From IMG/VR virus record IMGVR_UViG_3300031216_000012, positions 1,845 to 65,844 of that record: a stretch of 64,000 nt of DNA; one strand, written 5' to 3'. This document shows positions 56,419 to 64,000 of this stretch, one piece after another. The translations under genes and the position numbers were made by a program. How positions within the stretch are numbered: position 1 is the first letter of the stretch; each line of letters starts with the position of its first letter. The DNA comes from a virus. Lineage: Duplodnaviria > Caudoviricetes. Below the pieces are notes generated by a model that ran no database searches, had not been told where the DNA came from, and saw only the letters and a program-made list of their open reading frames with translations.

Positions 56419-56567
56419 GAGCGAGCGACCATATACCCGCCGCCGAGCACTGATAATGCCCAGGGGGTGAGCCATACTGGGCTGATGAACGTCCCGGCAA
56501 GAACCGAGGCGACTGGGATGGCTGCCCATGCAAGCCATGTGAGTTTGTACTTGGCGATCTCGCTCAT
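56415..56567 (-). CDS. Small membrane protein (50 aa, below the ORF-track cutoff)
   Basis: MSEIAKYKLTWLAWAAIPVASVLAGTFISPVWLTPWALSVLGGGYMVARS*; AGGAG RBS and ATGA overlaps at both ends. Confidence 0.55.
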   Translation of the reverse strand: MSEIAKYKLTWLAWAAIPVASVLAGTFISPVWLTPWALSVLGGGYMVARS

Positions 56568-56719
56568 GATTTCTCCTTTGCAGCCTTGGCGACTGCGCTT
56601 GCAATGAGGGCGTCGAGTGCCGCGCGGCGGGCGCGACGTTGTTCGATCTTGGCCTGGGCGCCGTTCAAAGCCGCTTTGATGTCGGCGAGAGTAGGAACGG
56701 TAAGGATGATCTTACGCAT
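56564..56719 (-). CDS. Small helical protein
   Basis: MRKIILTVPTLADIK... after GGAG. Confidence 0.55.
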   Translation of the reverse strand: MRKIILTVPTLADIKAALNGAQAKIEQRRARRAALDALIASAVAKAAKEKS

Positions 56720-56861
56720 AGTAGTTCTCCAGTGCAGTGTGAAGTGAACCTCCGAAGAGGTGGAATGTGGTGCGCTCGGCAGCGGCTGCGTGCCAGGCTT
56801 TGATGAAGCGGGAGACCGGGTTGCCTTGGTCGTCGATGTAGTTGACTGTGAAAGTGCACAT
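56712..56861 (-). CDS. Small hypothetical protein (49 aa)
   Basis: MCTFTVNYIDDQGNPVSRF...YYA*, starting from the AGGAG/ATG inside the 73-bp repeat. Confidence 0.55.
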   Translation of the reverse strand: MCTFTVNYIDDQGNPVSRFIKAWHAAAAERTTFHLFGGSLHTALENYYA

Positions 56862-56931
56862 GATGTACTCCTAAGTTGGTAGAGCCGCTTACCGGGATTG
56901 GCAGGCGGCATAGTAGTTCATGCTCCGTAGA
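56859..56931. repeat. 73-bp direct repeat, copy 1 (stop + hairpin + RBS + start)
   Basis: One mismatch against 57347-57419. Confidence 0.95.
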
Positions 56932-57349
56932 CGTCGGGCCGGTTTGCCCTAACCTCCGCTCGGTCACCTGAATAAAGTCCGGTCAAGTCGACCGGACATC
57001 CAGGCCTTTCTATCATCACTCGTGCTCGGTCACCTGAATCAAGCCCAGTCAAGTCAACTGGGCAGTCAGGCCTTTCTATCATCACTCGTGCTCGGTCGTA
57101 TGGACAAAGTCCATCTAAGTCAATCTGACAGTCAGGCCTGTCGATCATTACCCATGATCGGCCCCCTGAATCAAGTCCGGTCAAGTCGATCGGGCAATCT
57201 GGGATATGAGTCATAGCCCAGACAGCCCAACCAGGTCTGTGTCCTACTAACTCTGTCCAAGTTCTGGGCTGCTCACGAAGCCACTCAATAGCTTCTAAGC
57301 AAGCTTGTTTTTTAACAGCTTGTTTAATCATATTATTTGTGATTCTCAT
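56918..57349 (-). CDS. 22-aa repeat protein (N-terminal cap plus 4 units)
   Basis: Paralogue of 49138..49722, flanked by the 73-bp direct repeats. Confidence 0.8.
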   Translation of the reverse strand: MRITNNMIKQAVKKQACLEAIEWLREQPRTWTELVGHRPGWAVWAMTHIPDCPIDLTGLDSGGRSWVMIDRPDCQIDLDGLCPYDRARVMIERPDCPVDLTGLDSGDRARVMIERPGCPVDLTGLYSGDRAEVRANRPDVYGA

Positions 57350-57419
57350 GATGTACTCCTAAGTTGGTAGAGCCGCCTACCGGGATTGGCAGGCGGCATA
57401 GTAGTTCATGCTCCGTAGA
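57347..57419. repeat. 73-bp direct repeat, copy 2
   Basis: catgatgtactcctaagttggtagagccgcctaccgggattggcaggcggcatagtagttcatgctccgtaga. Confidence 0.95.
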
Positions 57420-57789
57420 GCGTTATCCAGTGTGCCCCGTTGCGATCGAGGCGAGGGAGGCGATGCCGTCCGTTGAGGGTGGCGTTTAGCTCTTTTGCCA
57501 GCGCCTGGACCTGCCGGTCCTCCAGATTTTCGATTTCGAAGATGCTCGGGTCGATGTCCTTGGCCAGCTGGCAGTTGTAGACGACGCCGTACTCGTTAAT
57601 AGATTTGAACACCTTGGTGAAGATGGACTCTTCGCGGCCTTTGCTCTTGGCCTCTGCTTCGTTAAGGCTGAGCTCTGCCTGCTGGCAGTGCTGCTCTAAG
57701 GTCTTGGCCTGGGCGGATCTGAGTTCTGCTTCGAGCTGAGCGACGTGGGCCTGCACCCACTTGGCTTGCTTGCTGAGGTTGTGGTGCAT
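57406..57789 (-). CDS. Hypothetical protein, first gene of the early strand
   Basis: AGGAG RBS; N-terminal coiled coil. Confidence 0.65.
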   Translation of the reverse strand: MHHNLSKQAKWVQAHVAQLEAELRSAQAKTLEQHCQQAELSLNEAEAKSKGREESIFTKVFKSINEYGVVYNCQLAKDIDPSIFEIENLEDRQVQALAKELNATLNGRHRLPRLDRNGAHWITLYGA

Positions 57790-58149
57790 GGTTGCTTCTC
57801 CTATGTCTATCTATGGCAGTGTCCAGCTAGCCTATCTAACTGAATCACAAACCCACATCGGACCTGAGCGAACAGGTTTATCGTTCGCGAAGTATGGAGA
57901 GCAGCACTGCAGCCTGAGATGTCTGCGCTGTAAGTTCGGGCAAAGGTTCCATAGAGCGGGTGGGACTCAAGCACCTGGAATGAGCGAAGCGAAATTTTAA
58001 AGGGGGGGAGGGTTCAGCGGAAGTAGGGGAGAGACCTCTCCGCACCTCACCCATTAAATTTTCCCAACTTTTTAAGCGCTCAAAATTATCATTTTTTTTC
58101 TGGGGTATACTCCCCAAAAATTTTCTAAATTTTACTGGGGATTTTTAGC

Positions 58150-58437
58150 ATGCCTTCATCACCGAACTACAAACGCAACTACAAGCAAGAAGCCGGCACC
58201 GCCAAGAAACGAAAAGAGCAAGGAACAGGCAGGGACTCTGGATCGGCCACCCGGCACCGGGCTCGACGCAAAATGCTCAAAAAAGGAAAAGTCAAACCCG
58301 GCCAAGATGTCGCGCACAAAAAGCCCATATCGAAAGGCGGGACCAACGCTGTCTCTAACCTGAGAGCGGAAAGTCCGTCAAAAAACCGATCGTTCCCGCG
58401 CAATAGGAAAGGCGGACTTCGTAGCTACCGCAGCTAA
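58150..58437 (+). CDS. HNH endonuclease
   Basis: DVAHKKPISKGG-x-N-x-x-SNL...NRS motif. Confidence 0.85.
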   Translation: MPSSPNYKRNYKQEAGTAKKRKEQGTGRDSGSATRHRARRKMLKKGKVKPGQDVAHKKPISKGGTNAVSNLRAESPSKNRSFPRNRKGGLRSYRS

Positions 58438-58444
58438 AAAACGC

Positions 58445-58486
58445 TTGCGCTGCGTGTTTAGATGACTTACACTCCTGTGTAAGTCA
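58445..58486 (+). promoter_or_regulatory. Sigma70-like promoter overlapped by a 10-bp inverted repeat
   Basis: TTGCGC (58445)-N17-TACACT (58468); stem tgacttacac/gtgtaagtca. Confidence 0.45.
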
Positions 58487-58502
58487 CTCTAAGAGCACGA
58501 AA

Positions 58503-58808
58503 ATGACCACTTTTTTCAGTAACACTACGGCTGCAGGAACGTCGACCGCGTACCCCGTCAACATCAACGGGGGAGAGCTGATGGCGTTTAACGTTGAAGG
58601 TCTTGGCGACGCTACGATCCAGCTCCAGCGACTCGCCCCCAGCGGCAATTACATCCCCGTGCTCTATAACGGCGCCGCAGACATTGACACCGACGGCCAC
58701 TACATTGTCGACGGTCTATCCGGCACGTACCGCGTCGTGCAGGCAGGAACATCCGACGGTCTGTACGCCAGCCTGGAGACTGAAAACGCAGCCCGAGTAG
58801 CCCTGTAA
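58503..58808 (+). CDS. Small beta-rich putative virion protein
   Basis: 101 aa with ATIQLQR...GTYRV; TAATG-coupled to the LRR gene. Confidence 0.55.
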   Translation: MTTFFSNTTAAGTSTAYPVNINGGELMAFNVEGLGDATIQLQRLAPSGNYIPVLYNGAADIDTDGHYIVDGLSGTYRVVQAGTSDGLYASLETENAARVAL

Positions 58809-59749
58809 TGCGCAGCGCTTCTCGTAACGCTCTGGGCCTGGCGCTTGGTTCGGCGCTTCGGGTTGGGCTTGGCGGTGGGGCCACCAGTGCGCCAGCCTTT
58901 ACCTTTGTCATGCGAACTACGGGCGCGTCTGAGACTGTAACGCTGCCGATGACTGGCAGTGTCAATACCGTGATTGATTGGGGCGATGGATCACCGCCTG
59001 AAACCGTCACCACAGATAGCATAACGCACGTTTACGCCACGGCTGATGATTACACGATTGCGATAACGGGAAGCTGTGATGTCTTCGCGTTTGACAACGC
59101 TGGTGACAAGCTGAAGCTTATTGAGCTCCTGGCATGGGGTACGGACTTTACCTTTTCGGACCTTGACTTCTTTGGCTGCTCAAATCTGGTTACAGCCAGC
59201 GATCTTGGAGCAAGTGGAGCAACGCCGACCTATCTTTCAAACGCGTTCCGAAGCTGCACAGGCCTGACCAGTCTTGATCTCACTGGTTTTGACACATCTT
59301 CCTGTACAGATATGAATAGCATGTTCGCTGGCTGCTCAAGCCTGACCAGTCTTGATCTCACAAGCTTTGACACATCTTCCTGTGCAAGTATGAATAGCAT
59401 GTTCCTTGTCTGCTCAAGCCTGACCAGTCTTGATCTCACAAGCTTTGACACATCTTCTTGTACAGATATGAATAGCATGTTCGTTTTCTGCTCAAGCCTG
59501 ACCAGTGACCCAGGCATAGTCGGGTTTAATGTTGAGTCTTTGACGACAGCGGCAAGCATGTGCTTCATCGCAAACTCTATGCTCTCAACCGCAGAGTACA
59601 ACGCCATCCTCGTTGCATGGGAAGCGCAAGCGGTCCAGAACAATGTTAACGTTCACTTCGGCGACGCGACTTATTCAGGCGCAGGCGCAACAGCACGGGC
59701 TGCCTTGATCGCTGATGGCTGGACGGTGAGTGACGGTGGGGAAGCCTGA
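58808..59749 (+). CDS. BspA/DUF285-type leucine-rich-repeat surface protein
   Basis: IDWGDG...HVY (PKD-like); three 26-aa LTSLDLTxFDTSSCxxMNSMF repeats; YNAILVAW...GWTVSDGG C-terminal cap. Confidence 0.85.
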   Translation: MRSASRNALGLALGSALRVGLGGGATSAPAFTFVMRTTGASETVTLPMTGSVNTVIDWGDGSPPETVTTDSITHVYATADDYTIAITGSCDVFAFDNAGDKLKLIELLAWGTDFTFSDLDFFGCSNLVTASDLGASGATPTYLSNAFRSCTGLTSLDLTGFDTSSCTDMNSMFAGCSSLTSLDLTSFDTSSCASMNSMFLVCSSLTSLDLTSFDTSSCTDMNSMFVFCSSLTSDPGIVGFNVESLTTAASMCFIANSMLSTAEYNAILVAWEAQAVQNNVNVHFGDATYSGAGATARAALIADGWTVSDGGEA

Positions 59750-59828
59750 TGCGGCTAAGGCATGGAAGAACCGCAATGCATGAGCGGATGCAAACCAAGG
59801 GGCTAACATTTGAGGAGGCGATTGCCGC

Positions 59829-60362
59829 ATGAGCCAAGAAATCAACAAACCAGCAGAACCCACATACTGGAGAGCATACGGCCCCGATGGCACTATCCAT
59901 GAGGGCGTAACGGAACCCAATCAGGTCACCACCACCGGACAGCCCGACTTTGTGTTTTCAGCAGACCCAGCTGAGTACGCTGGCATGGTGGCAGCATCAG
60001 GATCAACCGTACAGCCCATGCCGCCACCGCCTGTAGGGACTGCTCTAGGTGAGGCCGTAATTCGAGGTCAGGTATACGATTTCAACGGAACCGTGTATAT
60101 CTGCGTACAAGACCACAACCGGATGCAGTTCCCGCCCGACCAGACACCGGCGCTATGGACACCTGCCCGCTTGCAAGCGGAACCATGGGTGCAGCCGACA
60201 GGGGCGCAGGACGCATACGCCGTAGGTGATCGAGTAACACACGACCGACCAGCAGATGGCGGTGCTATCTGGCTGTTTGAAAGTAAGATTCCTGCCAACA
60301 CCACGCAGCCCGGCAGAGATGGCACATTCGACCGATGGTGGGAGCCCGTGGAGGCCGTATGA
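59829..60362 (+). CDS. Protein with CBM5/12-like carbohydrate-binding modules
   Basis: YICVQDH...PPDQTPALW and WVQPTGAQDAYAVGDRVTH...N-x-x-x-PG...WW. Confidence 0.7.
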   Translation: MSQEINKPAEPTYWRAYGPDGTIHEGVTEPNQVTTTGQPDFVFSADPAEYAGMVAASGSTVQPMPPPPVGTALGEAVIRGQVYDFNGTVYICVQDHNRMQFPPDQTPALWTPARLQAEPWVQPTGAQDAYAVGDRVTHDRPADGGAIWLFESKIPANTTQPGRDGTFDRWWEPVEAV

Positions 60363-60390
60363 GAGCACAGATGGATGCAGCATATTAGGC

Positions 60391-60588
60391 ATGATTGACC
60401 CCGACCTAGTTATAGAGATGCTTTCGGATCATCTTGACGATGTTTCTAGCCGGGATCGGTTGACCCGCCCGCAGTTCAGGATTGACGACCTTCGGCTTGC
60501 GTTTGAGCTGGGTGAGCGCTGCGGGCGCGAGAATGCGTTTGTTGATTATGCCGGCCATCTGAAGCGCCGGTTTATTTCGCTGCTGTGA
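60391..60588 (+). CDS. Hypothetical protein
   Basis: ATG at 60391; GTGA overlap with the endolysin start. Confidence 0.4.
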   Translation: MIDPDLVIEMLSDHLDDVSSRDRLTRPQFRIDDLRLAFELGERCGRENAFVDYAGHLKRRFISLL

Positions 60589-60947
60589 GCATCGACTGGT
60601 CTCGCGTGAAGCACTTCGAGCGCTCGGAGTTTGGCCACTCTAAAGGGGTTGATCCAGATTCAAAACTGGTCGAAATGCTTGACGAGGCGCGCACGATTGC
60701 CGGTGTGCTCTTTAACATCAATTCGGGAATTCGCACTAAAGCGCGGAATGCCGAGATCGGCGGGAAGCCCAACAGCTCCCACCTCGCAGGGTACGCGGTC
60801 GACATTGAGTGCAGAACGTCGAGGCACCGCTTCTTGATGACCCGCGCACTTCTAGAGGTGGGATTTACTCGGATCGGCTGGGGGGAGTCGTTTATTCATG
60901 TCGACACTGACCCCACGAAGCCTCAGAGCGTTGGCTGGCTGTATTGA
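60585..60947 (+). CDS. Peptidase M15-family endolysin
   Basis: HFERSEF, INSGIR...N...GG-x-x-NSSHL-x-G-x-AVDI and FIHVD. Confidence 0.9.
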   Translation: MSIDWSRVKHFERSEFGHSKGVDPDSKLVEMLDEARTIAGVLFNINSGIRTKARNAEIGGKPNSSHLAGYAVDIECRTSRHRFLMTRALLEVGFTRIGWGESFIHVDTDPTKPQSVGWLY

Positions 60948-60950
60948 ATC

Positions 60951-61187
60951 ATGACCGCAGCCGAATCAATCGAGCGCTGGAATCCCAGCTGGAAGAACAG
61001 ACGCCGCACGATATTTGCCACCCTGTCATTTTGCGCTGCGGTGATTGCCTATATCGTCTGGAAGGATTCGGGCAGCTCGCTACACGCTGAAGTCGCATCG
61101 TCGCTGACCATGCTGGCCGGATTCATCATTGGCTCGTATGTGTTCGGGGCGGTCTATCAAGACACGAAACTAAGGGAACCACGATGA
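60951..61187 (+). CDS. Putative holin (2 TM)
   Basis: WKNRRR, two hydrophobic segments and SYVFGA; follows the endolysin. Confidence 0.65.
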   Translation: MTAAESIERWNPSWKNRRRTIFATLSFCAAVIAYIVWKDSGSSLHAEVASSLTMLAGFIIGSYVFGAVYQDTKLREPR

Positions 61188-61270
61188 ACGAACTATTGAT
61201 TTTGCTATTCGGCGCACTATGCGGCGCATTCGGATACCGCTACTGCATCAATCGCAGGTAATGACTGGCC

Positions 61271-61717
61271 GTGACACTAATCGCGTGGATACCAGCATGG
61301 ATAATGATCAAGTCATTTGGAGCGGGCGCATGGGCTTTCCTTCTGGGCAATCGGTGGGCGCGTATCGCTCTGGCGGTCGTCCTTGCGTTGATGCTCGGCC
61401 GTTGCGGCTTGAGCTACGTAGAGGGACTGCAGACAGAACGCGACCAGTCGAAGGCGCGCCTTGTGATTTGCCAGCAGGCCAGCCAGACCCAGGTAGCGAC
61501 GATTGAAAGCCTACTGCGGGCAGAGCTTGAAAACTCGACAGCCTACGCGCAAGAACTGAAACGATCCAAGGGTCTGATTGATCATCTACGCAAGAACGAG
61601 CAAGAACGGGAAACACGCACAGATGAGACGATTGAGCAAGTACGGGAAGCAGCCAGCGGGAATGATTGCGCTGATCAGCCTTTGCCTGATGGCCTCCGGG
61701 TGCGCCTCCGTCCCTGA
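61271..61717 (+). CDS. i-spanin (Rz-like)
   Basis: N-terminal TM, coiled coil and C-terminal CADQPLPD. Confidence 0.75.
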   Translation: MTLIAWIPAWIMIKSFGAGAWAFLLGNRWARIALAVVLALMLGRCGLSYVEGLQTERDQSKARLVICQQASQTQVATIESLLRAELENSTAYAQELKRSKGLIDHLRKNEQERETRTDETIEQVREAASGNDCADQPLPDGLRVRLRP

Positions 61718-61928
61718 TTGCGAGCCTGTGTTTAGCACGGTAGTCGAGTACCGCGATAGGCTTGTGCCCGTAGCATCTGAACTCACGGAACCACAAGCAC
61801 CGCCAGATGTTGAGGTGGCGACTTGGCTGGACGCTGTGATTATCGGAATTCATTACCGCCAAAAGTGGGAAAGCGCAGAGTACAAGCTCAGCGTTATCCG
61901 TGAGACTCATGGCGACACGACGCAGTAA
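61623..61928 (+). CDS. o-spanin (Rz1-like lipoprotein)
   Basis: Lipobox ASGC, Pro-rich VPVASELTEP; overlaps the i-spanin 3' end. Confidence 0.75.
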   Translation: MRRLSKYGKQPAGMIALISLCLMASGCASVPDCEPVFSTVVEYRDRLVPVASELTEPQAPPDVEVATWLDAVIIGIHYRQKWESAEYKLSVIRETHGDTTQ

Positions 61929-61974
61929 CCCAAAGGGTTACAATCAACACGAACAAACATTAGGGGGTTGGATA

Positions 61975-62256
61975 GTGACGCATTTAGAAACAATCATTAT
62001 GGGCGTAGTCGTTGCGCTCATCGGTTTCTATTCAAAGATGGTTGGCGGTCGGGTGACAGACCTTCCCCGCGATTACGTCCCAAGGGTTCAGGTTGATGCA
62101 AGATTTAAAGACCTAGAGCAAAGACTAGAGCGCGAGATGGCCGCGATTGAAGGGCGCTCAGATAAACGATTCGATTCGGTTGACTCAAAGCTGGACAATC
62201 AAAGCGTGAAAATTGACCGAATACTAGCCCAACTCAGCACCAAGGTGGATAGATAA
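61975..62256 (+). CDS. Single-TM coiled-coil protein
   Basis: IIMGVVVALIGF then LPRDYVPR...KIDRIL. Confidence 0.55.
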   Translation: MTHLETIIMGVVVALIGFYSKMVGGRVTDLPRDYVPRVQVDARFKDLEQRLEREMAAIEGRSDKRFDSVDSKLDNQSVKIDRILAQLSTKVDR

Positions 62257-62515
62257 TGTCAGACCAACCGGCGATTACACCGTATGAACATTGTTGAGTC
62301 TGGGCGGTGGAGATTGGTCGGGGGAGTGACTGAGGGGGTTGCACACATGACCACCTCATCACTCAACCAGTATTACACGCTGTCGGGCGGCAAAGTGGCC
62401 GCGTGCGATGGCGCTGGTAATACGGAGCCACCAGGATCGCTTTTGATTCATAGCCTGCCAGACAAAGAGTCGCAGGCGCTCTTTAAGATACTCAAAAACC
62501 ACGAGGAAAATTGAC

Positions 62516-62989
62516 TTGAACCTTAAACAAAAGATTGACCGAATCGAAGACCCAGAGCGTCTTTTGCCTGGCTTTTTGGGTCATGTGTCTGATGAATTGC
62601 AGCGCATTGAGTCCACGCTAGAGGCTGCTACGCCTAGTGATGTGGCCCGACTTGCTGATATTTCAGTACGCGCTCTTGGCGCTATCTCCCAGAACTATGC
62701 TGATCCTCAGTCTGGGGATTACAGCAAGGATGGAGCAGAGCGGGCGCGGAAGGATGCTGTCAAGCTGACCAGAAACCTTTTGTCTAGGGTGCGGGAGGGA
62801 ATCAAGGTGACGACTCCTGACCTCTGCGCTGAGTATATCCAGACAATTGCGTCAATTGACTTCAAGGCCGGTATCAACGAGGTCACTCGCCGTCGCGGCA
62901 TCTATCTCAAGCAGAAGATGCGCGAAGAGGCTGAGCAAGGTTTTGAGAATGATGTCATCGAGCTGGAGGGCAAAGACGCAGCTCCGTGA
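62516..62989 (+). CDS. Hypothetical protein
   Basis: TTG start after GAGG; 157 aa. Confidence 0.55.
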   Translation: MNLKQKIDRIEDPERLLPGFLGHVSDELQRIESTLEAATPSDVARLADISVRALGAISQNYADPQSGDYSKDGAERARKDAVKLTRNLLSRVREGIKVTTPDLCAEYIQTIASIDFKAGINEVTRRRGIYLKQKMREEAEQGFENDVIELEGKDAAP

Positions 62990-63131
62990 TTCAGGTATCT
63001 CTTGACATTGGCGATTTGACCATGAGTACGGTCGACCAAGTTGTTGAGCGAGTACGCAGCAAGAGAATTGATAATTCAGTGGAACGCCCTCCAGGACGGG
63101 CGCTTAATGGAAATAACAGAGGATTAAGAAT

Positions 63132-63323
63132 ATGAATGATCGAGTGATTAACCTGAAACCGCAGGAGTTCCGCGACAATCACAACCGTCTTGAGGCGCGA
63201 GTTGCGCTGATTGAGGCTGCTCTTGGCGGCATCGAGTTTGACCTGACGGATCTTGCGAATAACGACCGCCTTCAATACAACGGCGCGACCGGCAAGTTTG
63301 AACCCGTGGACGCTCCTGCATAA
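63132..63323 (+). CDS. Hypothetical protein with a fibre-like LQYNG...KFEP motif
   Basis: GAGG RBS; TAATG coupling. Confidence 0.5.
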   Translation: MNDRVINLKPQEFRDNHNRLEARVALIEAALGGIEFDLTDLANNDRLQYNGATGKFEPVDAPA

Positions 63324-63673
63324 TGGCTAGGTTCATCAACAATAGAGAGCTTGAGACAGAAGCTCGATTGCGCGCACTGGAGTCCAAAGTGTTTGGAACT
63401 GTGCATGAAGATGAACTGCCGGCCCCGCCGCAGTCATTCCCTGGCCCTGCTCCGCATGTAGAGGGTAGTGCCGCTGCTGCAATTGAGCAGATGCGCAAGC
63501 AGGCGATTGAACGACTGAAGCCGGTTGAGCCGGTTGATCCGGTTGAGCCGGTTAGCGAGCCTGCCCCTGAAAAGCAACCAAAGGCGGTCAAAGATGAAAA
63601 GCAAGAAAAAGTGCAGGCCAAAGCCAAGGCCGAAGTATTGACAGTCAGTGACCACGAAGAGATTGCAGGATAG
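63323..63673 (+). CDS. Pro/Glu/Lys-rich hypothetical protein
   Basis: PVE/PVD micro-repeats. Confidence 0.5.
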   Translation: MARFINNRELETEARLRALESKVFGTVHEDELPAPPQSFPGPAPHVEGSAAAAIEQMRKQAIERLKPVEPVDPVEPVSEPAPEKQPKAVKDEKQEKVQAKAKAEVLTVSDHEEIAG

Positions 63674-63678
63674 AAGGT

Positions 63679-64000
63679 ATGGCTAGCAAGAAAAAGGCTG
63701 GCAAGAAAAAGGTCGGTCGCCCGCCCAAGTACAGCCCAGATGTCAAGGCAGAGATTTGCCGCCGACTCGCTGAAGGTGAGCCTCTTGTCAGAATTTGCAG
63801 AGACAAGGGAATGCCCGCGATTTCTACCGTCTGGAGTTGGGAGCGGGAAGACCCTGAGTTTTCAAATCTTTCTGCGCGCGGGCGAGAGGACGGGACGCAC
63901 ACGCTCGCCCATGAATGCCTGGTCATTGCTGACGAGGAAGAGGATGTTCATCGGGCTCGCCTGAAGATTGATACTCGCATTCGCCTGATCGGTAAATGGA
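63679..64000 (+). CDS. terS: Second terminase small subunit (Sf6-like), 3'-truncated by the window edge
   Basis: My translation (absent from the track): MASKKK...GRPPKYS...EICRRLAEGEPLVRIC...MPAISTVWSW...PEF...IAD...RARLKIDTRIRLIGKW. Confidence 0.85.
   Translation, partial: MASKKKAGKKKVGRPPKYSPDVKAEICRRLAEGEPLVRICRDKGMPAISTVWSWEREDPEFSNLSARGREDGTHTLAHECLVIADEEEDVHRARLKIDTRIRLIGKW

Noticed and set aside
56859-57419. Integron attC cassette or IS element
   Set aside because: No integrase or transposase and no GTTRRRY core sites or terminal inverted repeats were seen, so it is reported only as a direct-repeat-bounded gene.
47985-59749. Diversity-generating retroelement acting on the repeat or LRR genes
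   Set aside because: I recognised no reverse transcriptase and no non-coding template repeat, and differences between units are not confined to adenines.
1-64000. tRNA or rRNA genes, integrase and att sites
   Set aside because: None recognised by eye; tRNAscan-SE or ARAGORN would be needed to confirm absence.

Overview
The window is almost a whole tailed dsDNA phage genome from a Gram-negative host (it encodes spanins), probably with podovirus-like morphology. The + strand (1-32326) carries a lysis cassette, TerS and TerL, portal, acidic scaffold, an N4-gp56-like major capsid, adaptor/tail genes, three putative ejection proteins (the largest 2989 aa, with two HExxH motifs) and a metallophosphoesterase. 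The - strand (32504-57789) carries early/replication genes: PolA, SNF2 helicase, primase-helicase, PD-(D/E)XK nucleases, an Acb2 anti-CBASS homologue and many small accessory genes, plus a likely origin at 55.5-56.0 kb. After a strand switch near 58.0 kb come HNH, a BspA/DUF285 LRR gene, a CBM-like gene, a second unrelated lysis cassette and a second TerS, which suggests a chimeric contig or a recombinant. Most notable: (1) five early genes built from about 25 shuffled 22-aa repeat units with variable positions; (2) accessory genes bounded by duplicated stop/RBS/start junctions, with deleted remnants and a gene-less array of the same junction motif; (3) a stand-alone miniature terminase-ATPase homologue near acb2, a possible anti-defence decoy. 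All family assignments come from reading motifs by eye; no database search was run.
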